Made by a program: the position numbers and the translations under genes
Assembly: GCA_002779075.1 (NCBI GenBank)
Contig: PEXK01000017.1
Span: 2,079 to 34,078, forward strand
DNA: 32,000 nucleotides
Direction: 5' to 3'
DNA from: Candidatus Diapherotrites archaeon CG08_land_8_20_14_0_20_30_16
GTDB taxonomy: Archaea > Iainarchaeota > Iainarchaeia > Iainarchaeales > 0-14-0-20-30-16
Shown here: piece after piece, positions 8,096 to 16,418 of the stretch
How the letters are laid out: each line of letters opens with the position of its first letter
Position numbering within the stretch: the stretch's first letter is position 1
The notes under the pieces: generated by a model
The model's input: the letters and a program-made list of their open reading frames with translations, nothing else
Told to the model about the DNA's origin: nothing
Databases searched by the model: none

Positions 8096-8677
8096 ATGTT
8101 CTCAGAGCTTATTCAGTTAGTTGTTCTGTTTTTTGTAATTGTTGACCCTTTTATGAGTATGGGTATATTTTACAGTGCAACACAAACTTTAAAGGATAAA
8201 GAAAGGCACAAAATTGCTTTGATTGCAGTAGGTGTTGCTGTAATATTATCTAGCCTTTTTTTAGTATTTGGTATGGGTGTTCTAAATGTACTGCATTTAA
8301 AACTTGGGGATTTTCAAATTGCTGGCGGAATCATATTAGCTCTTTTAGGAATACAAATGGCAATTGGCCATGCAGGAAAAGAAACAAACAAATTCTCACA
8401 CCAAAACGCAAGAGCAATAGCTGCAGTAATTGGCACACCTTTGTTAACTGGGCCTGCAACAATAACAACAATAATTATTTCAACATCAAAGTTTGGGATA
8501 TTAAGTACTGGCCCGGCTTTGGCAATTGTTTTTGTTTTTACTCTTTTACTTCTTTATTTCGCACCAAAGATTACAAAGATTTTGGGCCCAAACATTACCC
8601 AAGTTATAACAACACTTTTGGGAATGGTCACTTTGGCATATGGTGTAGTTTACATCAAAGCAGGTCTATTACTTTAG
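8096..8677 (+). CDS. MarC-family (UPF0056) integral membrane protein
   Basis: 'FFVIVDPFMSMGIFYSAT' matches the N-terminal 'NPIGNIPIF' region, and 'FQIAGGIILALLGIQMAIG' matches 'FRIAGGILL..ia..Ml'. The protein is about 193 aa with six hydrophobic segments. Confidence 0.75.
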   Translation: MFSELIQLVVLFFVIVDPFMSMGIFYSATQTLKDKERHKIALIAVGVAVILSSLFLVFGMGVLNVLHLKLGDFQIAGGIILALLGIQMAIGHAGKETNKFSHQNARAIAAVIGTPLLTGPATITTIIISTSKFGILSTGPALAIVFVFTLLLLYFAPKITKILGPNITQVITTLLGMVTLAYGVVYIKAGLLL

Positions 8678-8799
8678 ACAGCAAAATTTTGTGTAATGCT
8701 AGGGTACAACACTAAACGTATATTTTTATATGCTACGAAGGTGTAACACTAACAGTAATTTTATATATTGAATGAACTTATTTTCATTATTGTGATATT

Positions 8800-9444
8800 A
8801 TGTTGATTGCTGGTATTGATGAAGCAGGAAGAGGTCCTGTTTTAGGGCCGATGGTAATGGCTATTTATGTAATTGATTCATCAAAAAATAATGAATTAAA
8901 AAAGATAGGCGTAAAAGACTCTAAATTATTAACTAAAAGGCAGAGGGATATTTTTTATAAAAAAATAAAAAAGATTGCAAAAGAATATCACAGTATACAG
9001 ATTTCTGCAAATGAAATTGACAAACAAAGAGAAAAAGATTCTTTAAATTATATTGAAATAAAAATGGCTGTAAAACTAATTAACAAATTAAAACATAGAC
9101 CTGAATATATTTACGTAGACTGTCCACAAACAAGCACAGAAAAATACAAAGACAAATTATATTCTTTAATTGATTATGACACAAAATTGATTGTTGAAAA
9201 CAAAGCAGATGTAAATTATTTAGTTGTTGGTGCAGCAAGCATAATTGCAAAGGTCGAAAGGGACAAAGAGTTGTGGAAGTATGAAAAAGATTTGGGTTTC
9301 AAAATTGGCTGCGGCTATCCTCATGACGAAATCACAATAAAAGCAATAAAAGAAATAGAAAAAACAAGGCCAGAAATAATAAGAAAAAGCTGGCAAACAT
9401 ATATTGATATAAAAAATAAGGAAAAACAAAATAAATTATTTTAA
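8800..9444 (+). CDS. rnhB: Ribonuclease HII
   Basis: 'IAGIDEAGRGPVLGPMV' (DEAGRG catalytic motif) and 'DSKLLT' are present, along with later 'ASIIAKVERD' and 'GCGYPHD'. The length is 214 aa. Confidence 0.9.
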   Translation: MLIAGIDEAGRGPVLGPMVMAIYVIDSSKNNELKKIGVKDSKLLTKRQRDIFYKKIKKIAKEYHSIQISANEIDKQREKDSLNYIEIKMAVKLINKLKHRPEYIYVDCPQTSTEKYKDKLYSLIDYDTKLIVENKADVNYLVVGAASIIAKVERDKELWKYEKDLGFKIGCGYPHDEITIKAIKEIEKTRPEIIRKSWQTYIDIKNKEKQNKLF

Positions 9445-9660
9445 TAATTCAATCAATTCTTCAAGAGTCAAATCTATTTGCCGCATAATTGCTCTTAGTG
9501 TCCCTTTTGCAATTACTTTGTGATTTGGAACAGTAACTCTAGTATATGGTTCTATGTTTAATCTTAGAATAATGTGACTTCCAGTTTGATGATCCATTTC
9601 AAAATTCAATTTAATTAAGGCTTTAACTAAATCTCTGCCAGAAATAATTGGTAGTTTTAT
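9436..9660 (-). CDS. hicA: HicA-like toxin (mRNA interferase family); no canonical start for the full-length frame
   Basis: This gene is not in the ORF track. The complement of 9436-9660 reads 'IKLPIISGRDLVKALIKLNFEMDHQTGSHIILRLNIEPYTRVTVPNHKVIAKGTLRAIMRQIDLTLEELIELLK*', which matches the HicA pattern 'SG.e.ikaL.k.GF......GSH..l.......tvP.H....kGTLr.Il.q'. The codon aligned to the expected Met is ATA. The first in-frame ATG at 9597 would give only 53 aa. Confidence 0.55.
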   Translation of the reverse strand: MKLPIISGRDLVKALIKLNFEMDHQTGSHIILRLNIEPYTRVTVPNHKVIAKGTLRAIMRQIDLTLEELIELLK

Positions 9661-9878
9661 ACAGTCACAGGAATTAAACCTATAGTTTGCCTAAAAATAA
9701 GATTTGTTTTTTCTTCGGGATGTTTGTCTAAACTTTCTAAATAGCCTTTTATTGCGTCCTTTATATTCAAAAGGGCTTCATCTTTCGTGTATCCTTGACT
9801 GATACAACCCTGCAATTCAACACATTCAGCAATAAATACATTGTCTTCATCTTTATACACTAATATAGAGTAATTCAA
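9657..9878 (-). CDS. hicB: HicB-like antitoxin (UPF0150/HicB N-terminal fold only)
   Basis: 'YSILVYKDEDNVFIAECVELQGCISQGYTKDEALLNIKDAIKGYLESL' is the classic HicB/UPF0150 pattern ('..a..peL.gc.sqG.T.eEAl.n.keAi..'). The protein is 73 aa with no appended RHH or HTH domain. Confidence 0.75.
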   Translation of the reverse strand: MNYSILVYKDEDNVFIAECVELQGCISQGYTKDEALLNIKDAIKGYLESLDKHPEEKTNLIFRQTIGLIPVTV

Positions 9879-10003
9879 GCAATCACCAATATAATTAGAT
9901 ACAAAGAATTAATAAAGTCATATCTAAATGTTCAGATATAAATGCGATACCTTTATATGTGCTGGTCTGATTCTAGACCAACTTGTGAAGACAAAGTTAG
10001 TTT

Positions 10004-11146
10004 TTATCTATTTTGACTCTTGACTAAATTCTTTAAAACATCTTTGTATAATGTTGAGGGTATTGATTTTCCTTGTTTAGGAGGACAATAACAATTAAAT
10101 GTTCCTGCTCTTTTATAGTTTTCTGATTTTTTCCAAATTTTTTCTAATGACGTTTTCCAAATATTCCCAAATACAGTAACATCATCACCTGGGCATCTTA
10201 ATACTATGCCAGTTAAAGTGACATACATTCCACAAGCAATTTGATTACATCCCATTACGCCAGCATATGATGATATACCATCCTGTTTTAATTGATCAAT
10301 TGTATTAATTCCTTTCTTAATATTCCATTTGTAAATTTTAGTATATAGTTTCACCAGATCTTTTTTATTTGGAGTTATCTTTTTCCAATTCTTCTCATTA
10401 GAACATCTTCCAGAAATCATTGTAGGAGTTATTATAGTTGCAAAATTTCGTATTCTTGCCCATTTATAAATTTCAAAACTATTTTTATAACTTGGTTTTG
10501 TCAGAGGCAATATACACAAACACAATCTAGTTGGATTTGTTTTATTAAATCCAGCATCAACTAATAATTTTAGGGCTATATTTCTTTTCAAAGTATAACC
10601 TTTAACATTTCTTACCATTGTATCTTGAATATCAGTATCAAAAAAATTGAATCCTAATAAAATAGTTGTATTTAATTTTTTTAATTCTTTAACTAATTCT
10701 TTTCCAGTATTTATACCATAATGTGAATTCCATTTTTTTGCTAATTTATCATCACCAATTACAGTTCCTTTTGTAAATATAATTGGAATTATTTTTTCTG
10801 AATGTAAAAATCTTAAAAATTCAATAATTCTTTTGTTTTCAAAAGGTTCGCCAGCACCTAAAAACTTCACTGATTTTAAACCTAATTTTTTTGCATCTTT
10901 TATTACTTTCACAATATCATCATATTGCATTATTTTAGTTTTCCCAAAATCTACTCTATTGTTTTTTCTAAAACAATGTGGACAATTTAAACTACAATAG
11001 TTCCCAAAATCAATATCCAAAGTCAATATCTTGTCCTTATTCTCTTTTATTACTTTTTCAGAAAAAACCCAGCCATTTGCAGTATTAATAAAATCTTTAG
11101 GAAACCTGCCCTTAAAGATAATAGGTATCTTAGGACTTATTTTCAT
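10004..11146 (-). CDS. Radical SAM enzyme with C-terminal Cys-rich (SPASM/twitch-like) extension, substrate unknown
   Basis: The CxxxCxxC cluster 'CSLNCPHC' is followed by the 'GAGEPF' SAM-binding motif. The C-terminal region 'GCNQIACGMYVTLTGIVLRCPGDD...GNIWKTSLEKIW...FNCYCPP' resembles auxiliary-cluster domains. Confidence 0.75.
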   Translation of the reverse strand: MKISPKIPIIFKGRFPKDFINTANGWVFSEKVIKENKDKILTLDIDFGNYCSLNCPHCFRKNNRVDFGKTKIMQYDDIVKVIKDAKKLGLKSVKFLGAGEPFENKRIIEFLRFLHSEKIIPIIFTKGTVIGDDKLAKKWNSHYGINTGKELVKELKKLNTTILLGFNFFDTDIQDTMVRNVKGYTLKRNIALKLLVDAGFNKTNPTRLCLCILPLTKPSYKNSFEIYKWARIRNFATIITPTMISGRCSNEKNWKKITPNKKDLVKLYTKIYKWNIKKGINTIDQLKQDGISSYAGVMGCNQIACGMYVTLTGIVLRCPGDDVTVFGNIWKTSLEKIWKKSENYKRAGTFNCYCPPKQGKSIPSTLYKDVLKNLVKSQNR

Positions 11147-11157
11147 CTACATCTCCA

Positions 11158-11544
11158 TTATACTATTCTTAATCTTTTTGTTTCTAAAGCTTTTATTTGT
11201 TCTTCTAAATTAAAATAATCTGCAGTTGTATTTGGCAATAATTTCAATGCACGCCTAGCAATTGCCAATAAAGGTCTAACTCTTCTAACTTTATAAGCAT
11301 CAGGCAAACCATGCAAATATCGTTCAACATGCAAAGCCCAGTTTACTAATTCTTTTGGCTTGTCCAAAGGATATTGCATAACTATTCTTCTGTGTAAATC
11401 GTCCAGTTCTCTCATTCTTTCAGTTTGTTGTCTTCGAATTTTCAGGCTTCTTTTGGGCTTTCCTTTAGATACTAATTTTCCAGCTCCAAAATCAACATGA
11501 AACACTGTTGTTCTTCTCTTTGTTGGTCCAACCATAAATATCAC
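11158..11544 (-). CDS. Hypothetical Arg-rich basic protein (about 125 aa)
   Basis: The frame is open between the Nudix-like gene and the radical SAM gene. The start is either GTG at 11544, which overlaps the upstream stop by 4 nt, or ATG at 11535. I count about 17 Arg and no Cys by hand, which is unusual among the Lys-rich proteins here. I recognise no family. Confidence 0.5.
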   Translation of the reverse strand: MIFMVGPTKRRTTVFHVDFGAGKLVSKGKPKRSLKIRRQQTERMRELDDLHRRIVMQYPLDKPKELVNWALHVERYLHGLPDAYKVRRVRPLLAIARRALKLLPNTTADYFNLEEQIKALETKRLRIV

Positions 11545-12071
11545 TCTTTATTTTCATCATTTTCTTCTTTCTTTTTTGTGAAGGTTTGTGAACCCAGCAT
11601 CAATATACGGAAGTAATTATTCATTATTGTTTTGTGATCATACAGGTATTCTTGGTTTGCAATGTCAACTAATGACAATAAAACTAATTCGTAATGTGTT
11701 GAAACGGCATCTTTTTGAAATGAGCTTTCAACATCCTGTATGGCTTTTGATTCTTTAGATTTTAAAGACATACTGGCATTAAACTCTTGCACTAATTTTT
11801 CTGCATGCTCTTGCAGAATATCCAAATGGGCAATATAATAAACACCTATTGTTCGTTCAGGATATTTTCTGTCTAAAGCATCATAAACACCTAACATAGC
11901 ATTAGGAATTATATTAAAACCTGTCTTTTCTTGTATTGCTTTAATACAGGATACTTTTAATAATTCATTTTCTTTAAGGCTAGCCTCGGGAATACTATAC
12001 CGTCCATTTAAATGCTTTAAAAGTAACAGATTATTATTAATATTGATTATACATCCACTAGTTATTTTCAT
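11541..12071 (-). CDS. Nudix-fold protein with degenerate Nudix box
   Basis: 'IPEASLKENELLKVSCIKAIQEKTGF' aligns position for position with 'LPGGxvExGEsxxxaaxRElxEEtGl', but REXXEE is replaced by KAIQEK. The C-terminal 'LYDHKTIMNNYFRIL' resembles the 'FDHa.Il' helix of Nudix-related proteins. Confidence 0.5.
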   Translation of the reverse strand: MKITSGCIININNNLLLLKHLNGRYSIPEASLKENELLKVSCIKAIQEKTGFNIIPNAMLGVYDALDRKYPERTIGVYYIAHLDILQEHAEKLVQEFNASMSLKSKESKAIQDVESSFQKDAVSTHYELVLLSLVDIANQEYLYDHKTIMNNYFRILMLGSQTFTKKKEENDENKE

Positions 12072-12203
12072 TACATCGCCTCACCTTTAATAGATACAAA
12101 ATCTACACACTAAGCAGCATATTTTTATATACTGCTAAGGTATAAATTCCAATACATAATCAATATACAATTTTTACGTATAAATTGTACTGTTTAATGG
12201 GCA

Positions 12204-12671
12204 TTATTTATGACTTCTGTCATAAACACTCAACTCGCATTCTATTGGGCAATCTTCAGTTTCGTTTCCAACATTGCACAAAACACCAATATCTACAATA
12301 TTATCCTTTGTAAAAGAAAAATAATTCACATTGTTTGGATCATTGCTAACAACATCACCAGTATTCAAAGTATTAACTAAAGTTATGCAATCTGTTGCCA
12401 AACCAGTCTGCTCAGCCAAGGCTTTCTTTGACAAGATATTCCCCGAAGCAAAAGAATAATCATCTATTTTATATTCACTGCCTGTTGGGTTTTTCATTGC
12501 CATTTTTATTTTATTTGAAAAAACCTCAGAACTCAAATACGTTTTCTGGTTGTTCATTACTAATATAATAGAATATATAATACCCAATATTGCCAAACCA
12601 ATAACTGCACCAATCAGAAGCTTAAAAACACTTCCTGCTTGTCCTTTAGAATTAAACACCCTATTCCTCAC
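12204..12671 (-). CDS. Type IV pilin-like / archaellin-like secreted protein (class III signal peptide)
   Basis: The N-terminus 'MRNRVFNSKG|QAGSVFKLLIGAVIGLAILGIIYSIILV' has a charged leader, a KG|Q prepilin-peptidase-type site and a hydrophobic helix. The C-terminal domain contains five Cys. It is the last gene of a co-directional cluster that also has a secretion ATPase and a platform protein. Confidence 0.5.
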   Translation of the reverse strand: MRNRVFNSKGQAGSVFKLLIGAVIGLAILGIIYSIILVMNNQKTYLSSEVFSNKIKMAMKNPTGSEYKIDDYSFASGNILSKKALAEQTGLATDCITLVNTLNTGDVVSNDPNNVNYFSFTKDNIVDIGVLCNVGNETEDCPIECELSVYDRSHK

Positions 12672-12694
12672 AAATTTTAAATCCTAAATTTTAA

Positions 12695-14062
12695 TTATCG
12701 TTTAGTTTGTTTTGCGTAATACCCGCCTGTTTTTTTACTTCCTTTTCTTTCAATTAATTTTTTATCCATTAAAGTTTTTATTTGTTTTTCAATAGTATCA
12801 ATTGGTCTTTTTAACTTTTTAGAAATTTGATTTGCCTGCATATTTGGATTCTTTTGAATAACAATCAACAGTTCATTTAATATACCAGATAACGTGCCAG
12901 TTAATCCGCCAGTTAATCCGCCAGTTAATCCGCCAGTTAATCCGCCAGTTAATCCTTCGCTTTGCAAGGTTCTATAAAAAATTACTCTAAACCAATCTGA
13001 ACTAATTTCAAAGTCTAAAACTGTTCCGTAATCAGAACACAACTTTTTCATTCTATTTATTCCTGAACCTACTTTTTCAACAAGATTTAACCTATAGCTT
13101 AGATCCATAATAATAGGATTTCTAGCAAGACTTATTTTTCCAAATTCTTTTTTATCAAAAAGCAAGTTTCCTGGATTTGATATTTCAACTCTATCAAGAA
13201 ATATATCTATTTGAACATGTCCTTGCGAGAAATAATTTCTGTGTGCCATAGCATTAATTATTGCCTCTCTCAAAGCTTCCTCAGATAATTCAAACTTGTT
13301 TATTCTTTCTTTACCTTCAATAATAAAATTTGTATTTAATTTTGAAAGAACATAATTATAAACCCCATAATAATTAGAAATAAAATCTTCGTCAAATTCT
13401 TTTTTATCTAAAATATCCACTCTTTCTATGCCTTTATATAAAACACAAACAATTGAAGAATTTAGAAAAAAGGGTGTTATTTTATTACAAAAAAATAATA
13501 CTCCCGCATTAGTAATTTTGTCGTCAGTCATCAAATTTAGGTTTTTCAATACGTGTGTTCTTGGCAAATCTTTTGATATTTTAGATTTTTCAAGAAATCT
13601 CAAAAATTTAGAATTATCAAAATCAGATTTGAATTTAAAATTATTATTTGTATTTATATCAAAAAATAATTGATTTTCTTTTTGAAAAAAGGTTCTAATC
13701 TCATCCCTCTTTAATTGTTGAGAGTTTGCACCCATTCTTAAATAAAAATGACCCTGAACAGTATATGGTTTGTTTTTCCCATTGGGAACATGGATTACTA
13801 TTAAATTGTCTACGACTTCCACATTTACATTTGAAGACGGATCCATATTTCTAGCAATATCCTGAATTTTTGAAGAATCTAAATTACTTAATTTTGCGCC
13901 TATAATTTCGTTATTATCTTTAACACCAATTATTATTTTTCCGCCAGATGCATTTGCAAACGCACAAAAGGTCTTTCCAATATCGCTATTTAATTTTTCT
14001 TTTAGCTCTATAGTATAGCCTTCACCACTTTTTATTAATTCTAAAACTGCTTTTTTATTCAT
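12695..14062 (-). CDS. Schlafen/AlbA_2 + HATPase_c_4 + C-terminal wHTH putative transcriptional regulator (COG2865, 'RecG-like')
   Basis: The N-terminal 'ELKEKL...KTFCAFANASGGKIIIGVKDNNEIIG' is an AlbA_2 signature. The central 'REAIINAMAHRNYFSQGHVQIDIFLDRVEISNPGNLL' is an HATPase_c_4 signature. The C-terminal 'ANQISKKLKRPIDTIEKQIKTLMDKKLIERKG' is wHTH-like. Confidence 0.8.
   Translation of the reverse strand: MNKKAVLELIKSGEGYTIELKEKLNSDIGKTFCAFANASGGKIIIGVKDNNEIIGAKLSNLDSSKIQDIARNMDPSSNVNVEVVDNLIVIHVPNGKNKPYTVQGHFYLRMGANSQQLKRDEIRTFFQKENQLFFDINTNNNFKFKSDFDNSKFLRFLEKSKISKDLPRTHVLKNLNLMTDDKITNAGVLFFCNKITPFFLNSSIVCVLYKGIERVDILDKKEFDEDFISNYYGVYNYVLSKLNTNFIIEGKERINKFELSEEALREAIINAMAHRNYFSQGHVQIDIFLDRVEISNPGNLLFDKKEFGKISLARNPIIMDLSYRLNLVEKVGSGINRMKKLCSDYGTVLDFEISSDWFRVIFYRTLQSEGLTGGLTGGLTGGLTGGLTGTLSGILNELLIVIQKNPNMQANQISKKLKRPIDTIEKQIKTLMDKKLIERKGSKKTGGYYAKQTKR
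12884..12955 (-). repeat. In-frame 12-nt tandem repeat encoding (GLTG)x5 plus a degenerate TLSG
   Basis: Positions 12896-12955 are five perfect copies of GGA TTA ACT GGC (coding sense) using identical codons. Positions 12884-12895 are a degenerate sixth unit, ACG TTA TCT GGT. The tract forms the linker before the C-terminal wHTH. Confidence 0.95.
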
Positions 14063-14078
14063 TTATTATCACTAAAAT

Positions 14079-16418
14079 TTATGCACCTAAACCACCAAGC
14101 AAAAATGATGCCCCCAAAGATGCTAAAATAAACACAACAACAGCAACAGGAATCATATATGCAATATTCATTTTCATTTTTATTGGATTATCTGATTCTA
14201 CTCTGCTAATAAAATAAACCAATCCCAAAACAACTAAAATCAAATTGATTGCCAAAATCAAATTAAATGCAAAAGGGCTTGCAATTGAACCTATTGCTGT
14301 TGGATCAATACTACCCATTAATTTAGAAGGATCTAAACCGCTCATCATTAATTTAGAAAGATCTAAACCGCTCATTGATGAACTTGCTAAAAGATTTGAA
14401 TTTGATGATGCTGTTGGAATAGAACTTGATGACCCTAGCGAACTTAATGTCAAGATTACAACTTTCTGTATTGCAGAAACCATTCCTAAAACAGCGGGGG
14501 CAATTATTGATGCCATTGTCGTCATCATTTGTTTTACATCATCAGTTAGTTTCTGTACTGTTATTCTAATATCTTCAATATTTTTTAATTGGAGTGAAAT
14601 AGATAAAATTGTTTTTGCAACTGTACCAACTCCTAATTGAGAGGAATCTGCAATTATTTTCATATTATTTTTAATCAATGTTGAGGGATTATTACGTAAA
14701 GAGCCAAAAAGAGGATCAAATAATGCTTGTTCCAAAGGCATACCTAATAAATTAATATTGTCAACTGTTTTTGCCAACAAATCTTGAGAAATTATTAAAT
14801 CTGGAAAGAATTGCATTGTATCTTTCAGAGCAGTTTCTATTGGTTTGCCTTCGGACAATCTTGAAGCTAGAATAAACAAAATTTCTCTAAAGTTTTGCTC
14901 CATATCCATATAATGGTCTTGCACTTTTTTCTTGTAAACTGTCCCTAAATAACAATAAAGAGCAATGATTAAAGCGAGAATTAAAGCGAAGCCATATAAA
15001 ATAAAATATGGTGTGGTGTCATGTTCTGGTTTTAAAGAGTATAAGAGTTTTTGCGTATCAACAACCCTTTGATAATCACTTGACCTTTTTGGATATTCTG
15101 TTCCTGCTGCACTCATGTAATTTTCTGCAAGCATATCAAAATATTTGTCTGGATTATCAATATATTCTTGAGGCAGATTTTCTTGTATCATTACTTTTTC
15201 CATTGTTTGGCCAAATTGATACTGCAAAAATATTGTTAAGCCCATAAGAATAACAAAAAGAAAAATCAAAAACCCAATAATATTTATTTCTAACCGCCCT
15301 ATATAAAAATTTCCTTTTTTTGGCACGCCTTTGAAACCATCAGGAATTACTGGCGATCTGTAAAGCAAAGGTACAGTCCTTGAAATCTTTTTTGCATATA
15401 AAAAAACAAACAGAGGAATTACAACATCATAAAGACCTGCTAAAACAAAAGGATTTGAAAAAGGAAGTTTTGCAAATACAGAACCTATTGGCAATATAAT
15501 TACCAACAAAAGAGGAAGCAGAACACCAATATAAAATAAAACTAAAGAGGGTTGTGACAAAGCACGAGCATAAGTTTCCATTTTTAATTTAATTGCACCC
15601 AGCAGGTTATCTGTTGTTTTGTCCAAGAGTTCAACTCTTCTTGTTTCATTATCTTCAACCATTGCAGATTTTATCATCATTACTGCTTCTTTGAAATCCA
15701 TAGAATAGGCTTTCCATCTATATGCTAGATAATCCAAACCCTCGGAAATACTAGAGTATACGCCTATATTAGTATCCCAAATTATTTTTCTTAAATCTTC
15801 TGCTAAATGTCCTTCCCCTTGAATTGCTGCAAACTGAATTGCTCTTTCTAAATTAGGAACTAACTTCAAATACATTGTTAAATAGCCTACAATTGCGGGC
15901 AAATACGCTAATGCTTTTCTTTTTTCTTCTTCTGCTTTTACAAGGGGGTAATTCATAAAATGATAAATCAAATAACCTACTATTGTGCCCAACACAACAA
16001 AAGATATTGCTAAAACATAATAGGGGTTAAAATCTATTGCTTCAAAATGGTTATACAAATAATTGTAAATGAAAAAAATCAACATTAAAAGAACTAAAAG
16101 AGAACCCAAACCAAAAACAACTATTGTCATTACAAATGCATTGTATTCTTCTGGTTTTAATTTCCAACCTAAAAATAAAACAGCATCTTTAACTTTTTTG
16201 TGTAAATTACCGCGTGCTAAAGAAGGAAATCTTTTGTATGCTGATTTACAGAGCTGAACATATTTCGGATCCTGCACACTTTGTTGTTTGTCTTGAACAT
16301 CTTGAGATATTTCTCCTTTTATACCACGATACAACAGCCCCAAATTAATATCTTGGGGTGTTTTATTTTGATTTATTTGATGATTTGTTTCATTATTTGT
16401 ATCAGGCATAATTTTCAC
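14079..16418 (-). CDS. FlaJ/TadC/PilC-like polytopic membrane platform protein (T2SS-F-like), 779 aa
   Basis: There are many TM segments. 'LHKKVKDAVLFLGWKLKPEEYNAFVMTIVV' resembles the 'L.k.L..Agi...peeY.a' start of T2SS-F repeats. The gene is in synteny with a T2SS-E-type ATPase and a pilin-like gene. The start is GTG at 16418, overlapping the KilA-N stop by 4 nt, or ATG at 16409. Confidence 0.6.
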   Translation of the reverse strand: MKIMPDTNNETNHQINQNKTPQDINLGLLYRGIKGEISQDVQDKQQSVQDPKYVQLCKSAYKRFPSLARGNLHKKVKDAVLFLGWKLKPEEYNAFVMTIVVFGLGSLLVLLMLIFFIYNYLYNHFEAIDFNPYYVLAISFVVLGTIVGYLIYHFMNYPLVKAEEEKRKALAYLPAIVGYLTMYLKLVPNLERAIQFAAIQGEGHLAEDLRKIIWDTNIGVYSSISEGLDYLAYRWKAYSMDFKEAVMMIKSAMVEDNETRRVELLDKTTDNLLGAIKLKMETYARALSQPSLVLFYIGVLLPLLLVIILPIGSVFAKLPFSNPFVLAGLYDVVIPLFVFLYAKKISRTVPLLYRSPVIPDGFKGVPKKGNFYIGRLEINIIGFLIFLFVILMGLTIFLQYQFGQTMEKVMIQENLPQEYIDNPDKYFDMLAENYMSAAGTEYPKRSSDYQRVVDTQKLLYSLKPEHDTTPYFILYGFALILALIIALYCYLGTVYKKKVQDHYMDMEQNFREILFILASRLSEGKPIETALKDTMQFFPDLIISQDLLAKTVDNINLLGMPLEQALFDPLFGSLRNNPSTLIKNNMKIIADSSQLGVGTVAKTILSISLQLKNIEDIRITVQKLTDDVKQMMTTMASIIAPAVLGMVSAIQKVVILTLSSLGSSSSIPTASSNSNLLASSSMSGLDLSKLMMSGLDPSKLMGSIDPTAIGSIASPFAFNLILAINLILVVLGLVYFISRVESDNPIKMKMNIAYMIPVAVVVFILASLGASFLLGGLGA
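14316..14375 (-). repeat. 30-bp in-frame tandem duplication within the platform gene
   Basis: Positions 14316-14345 and 14346-14375 differ at a single base (14329 g versus 14359 a). They encode 'MSGLDLSKLM' and 'MSGLDPSKLM' in a Ser-rich C-terminal loop. Confidence 0.9.
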
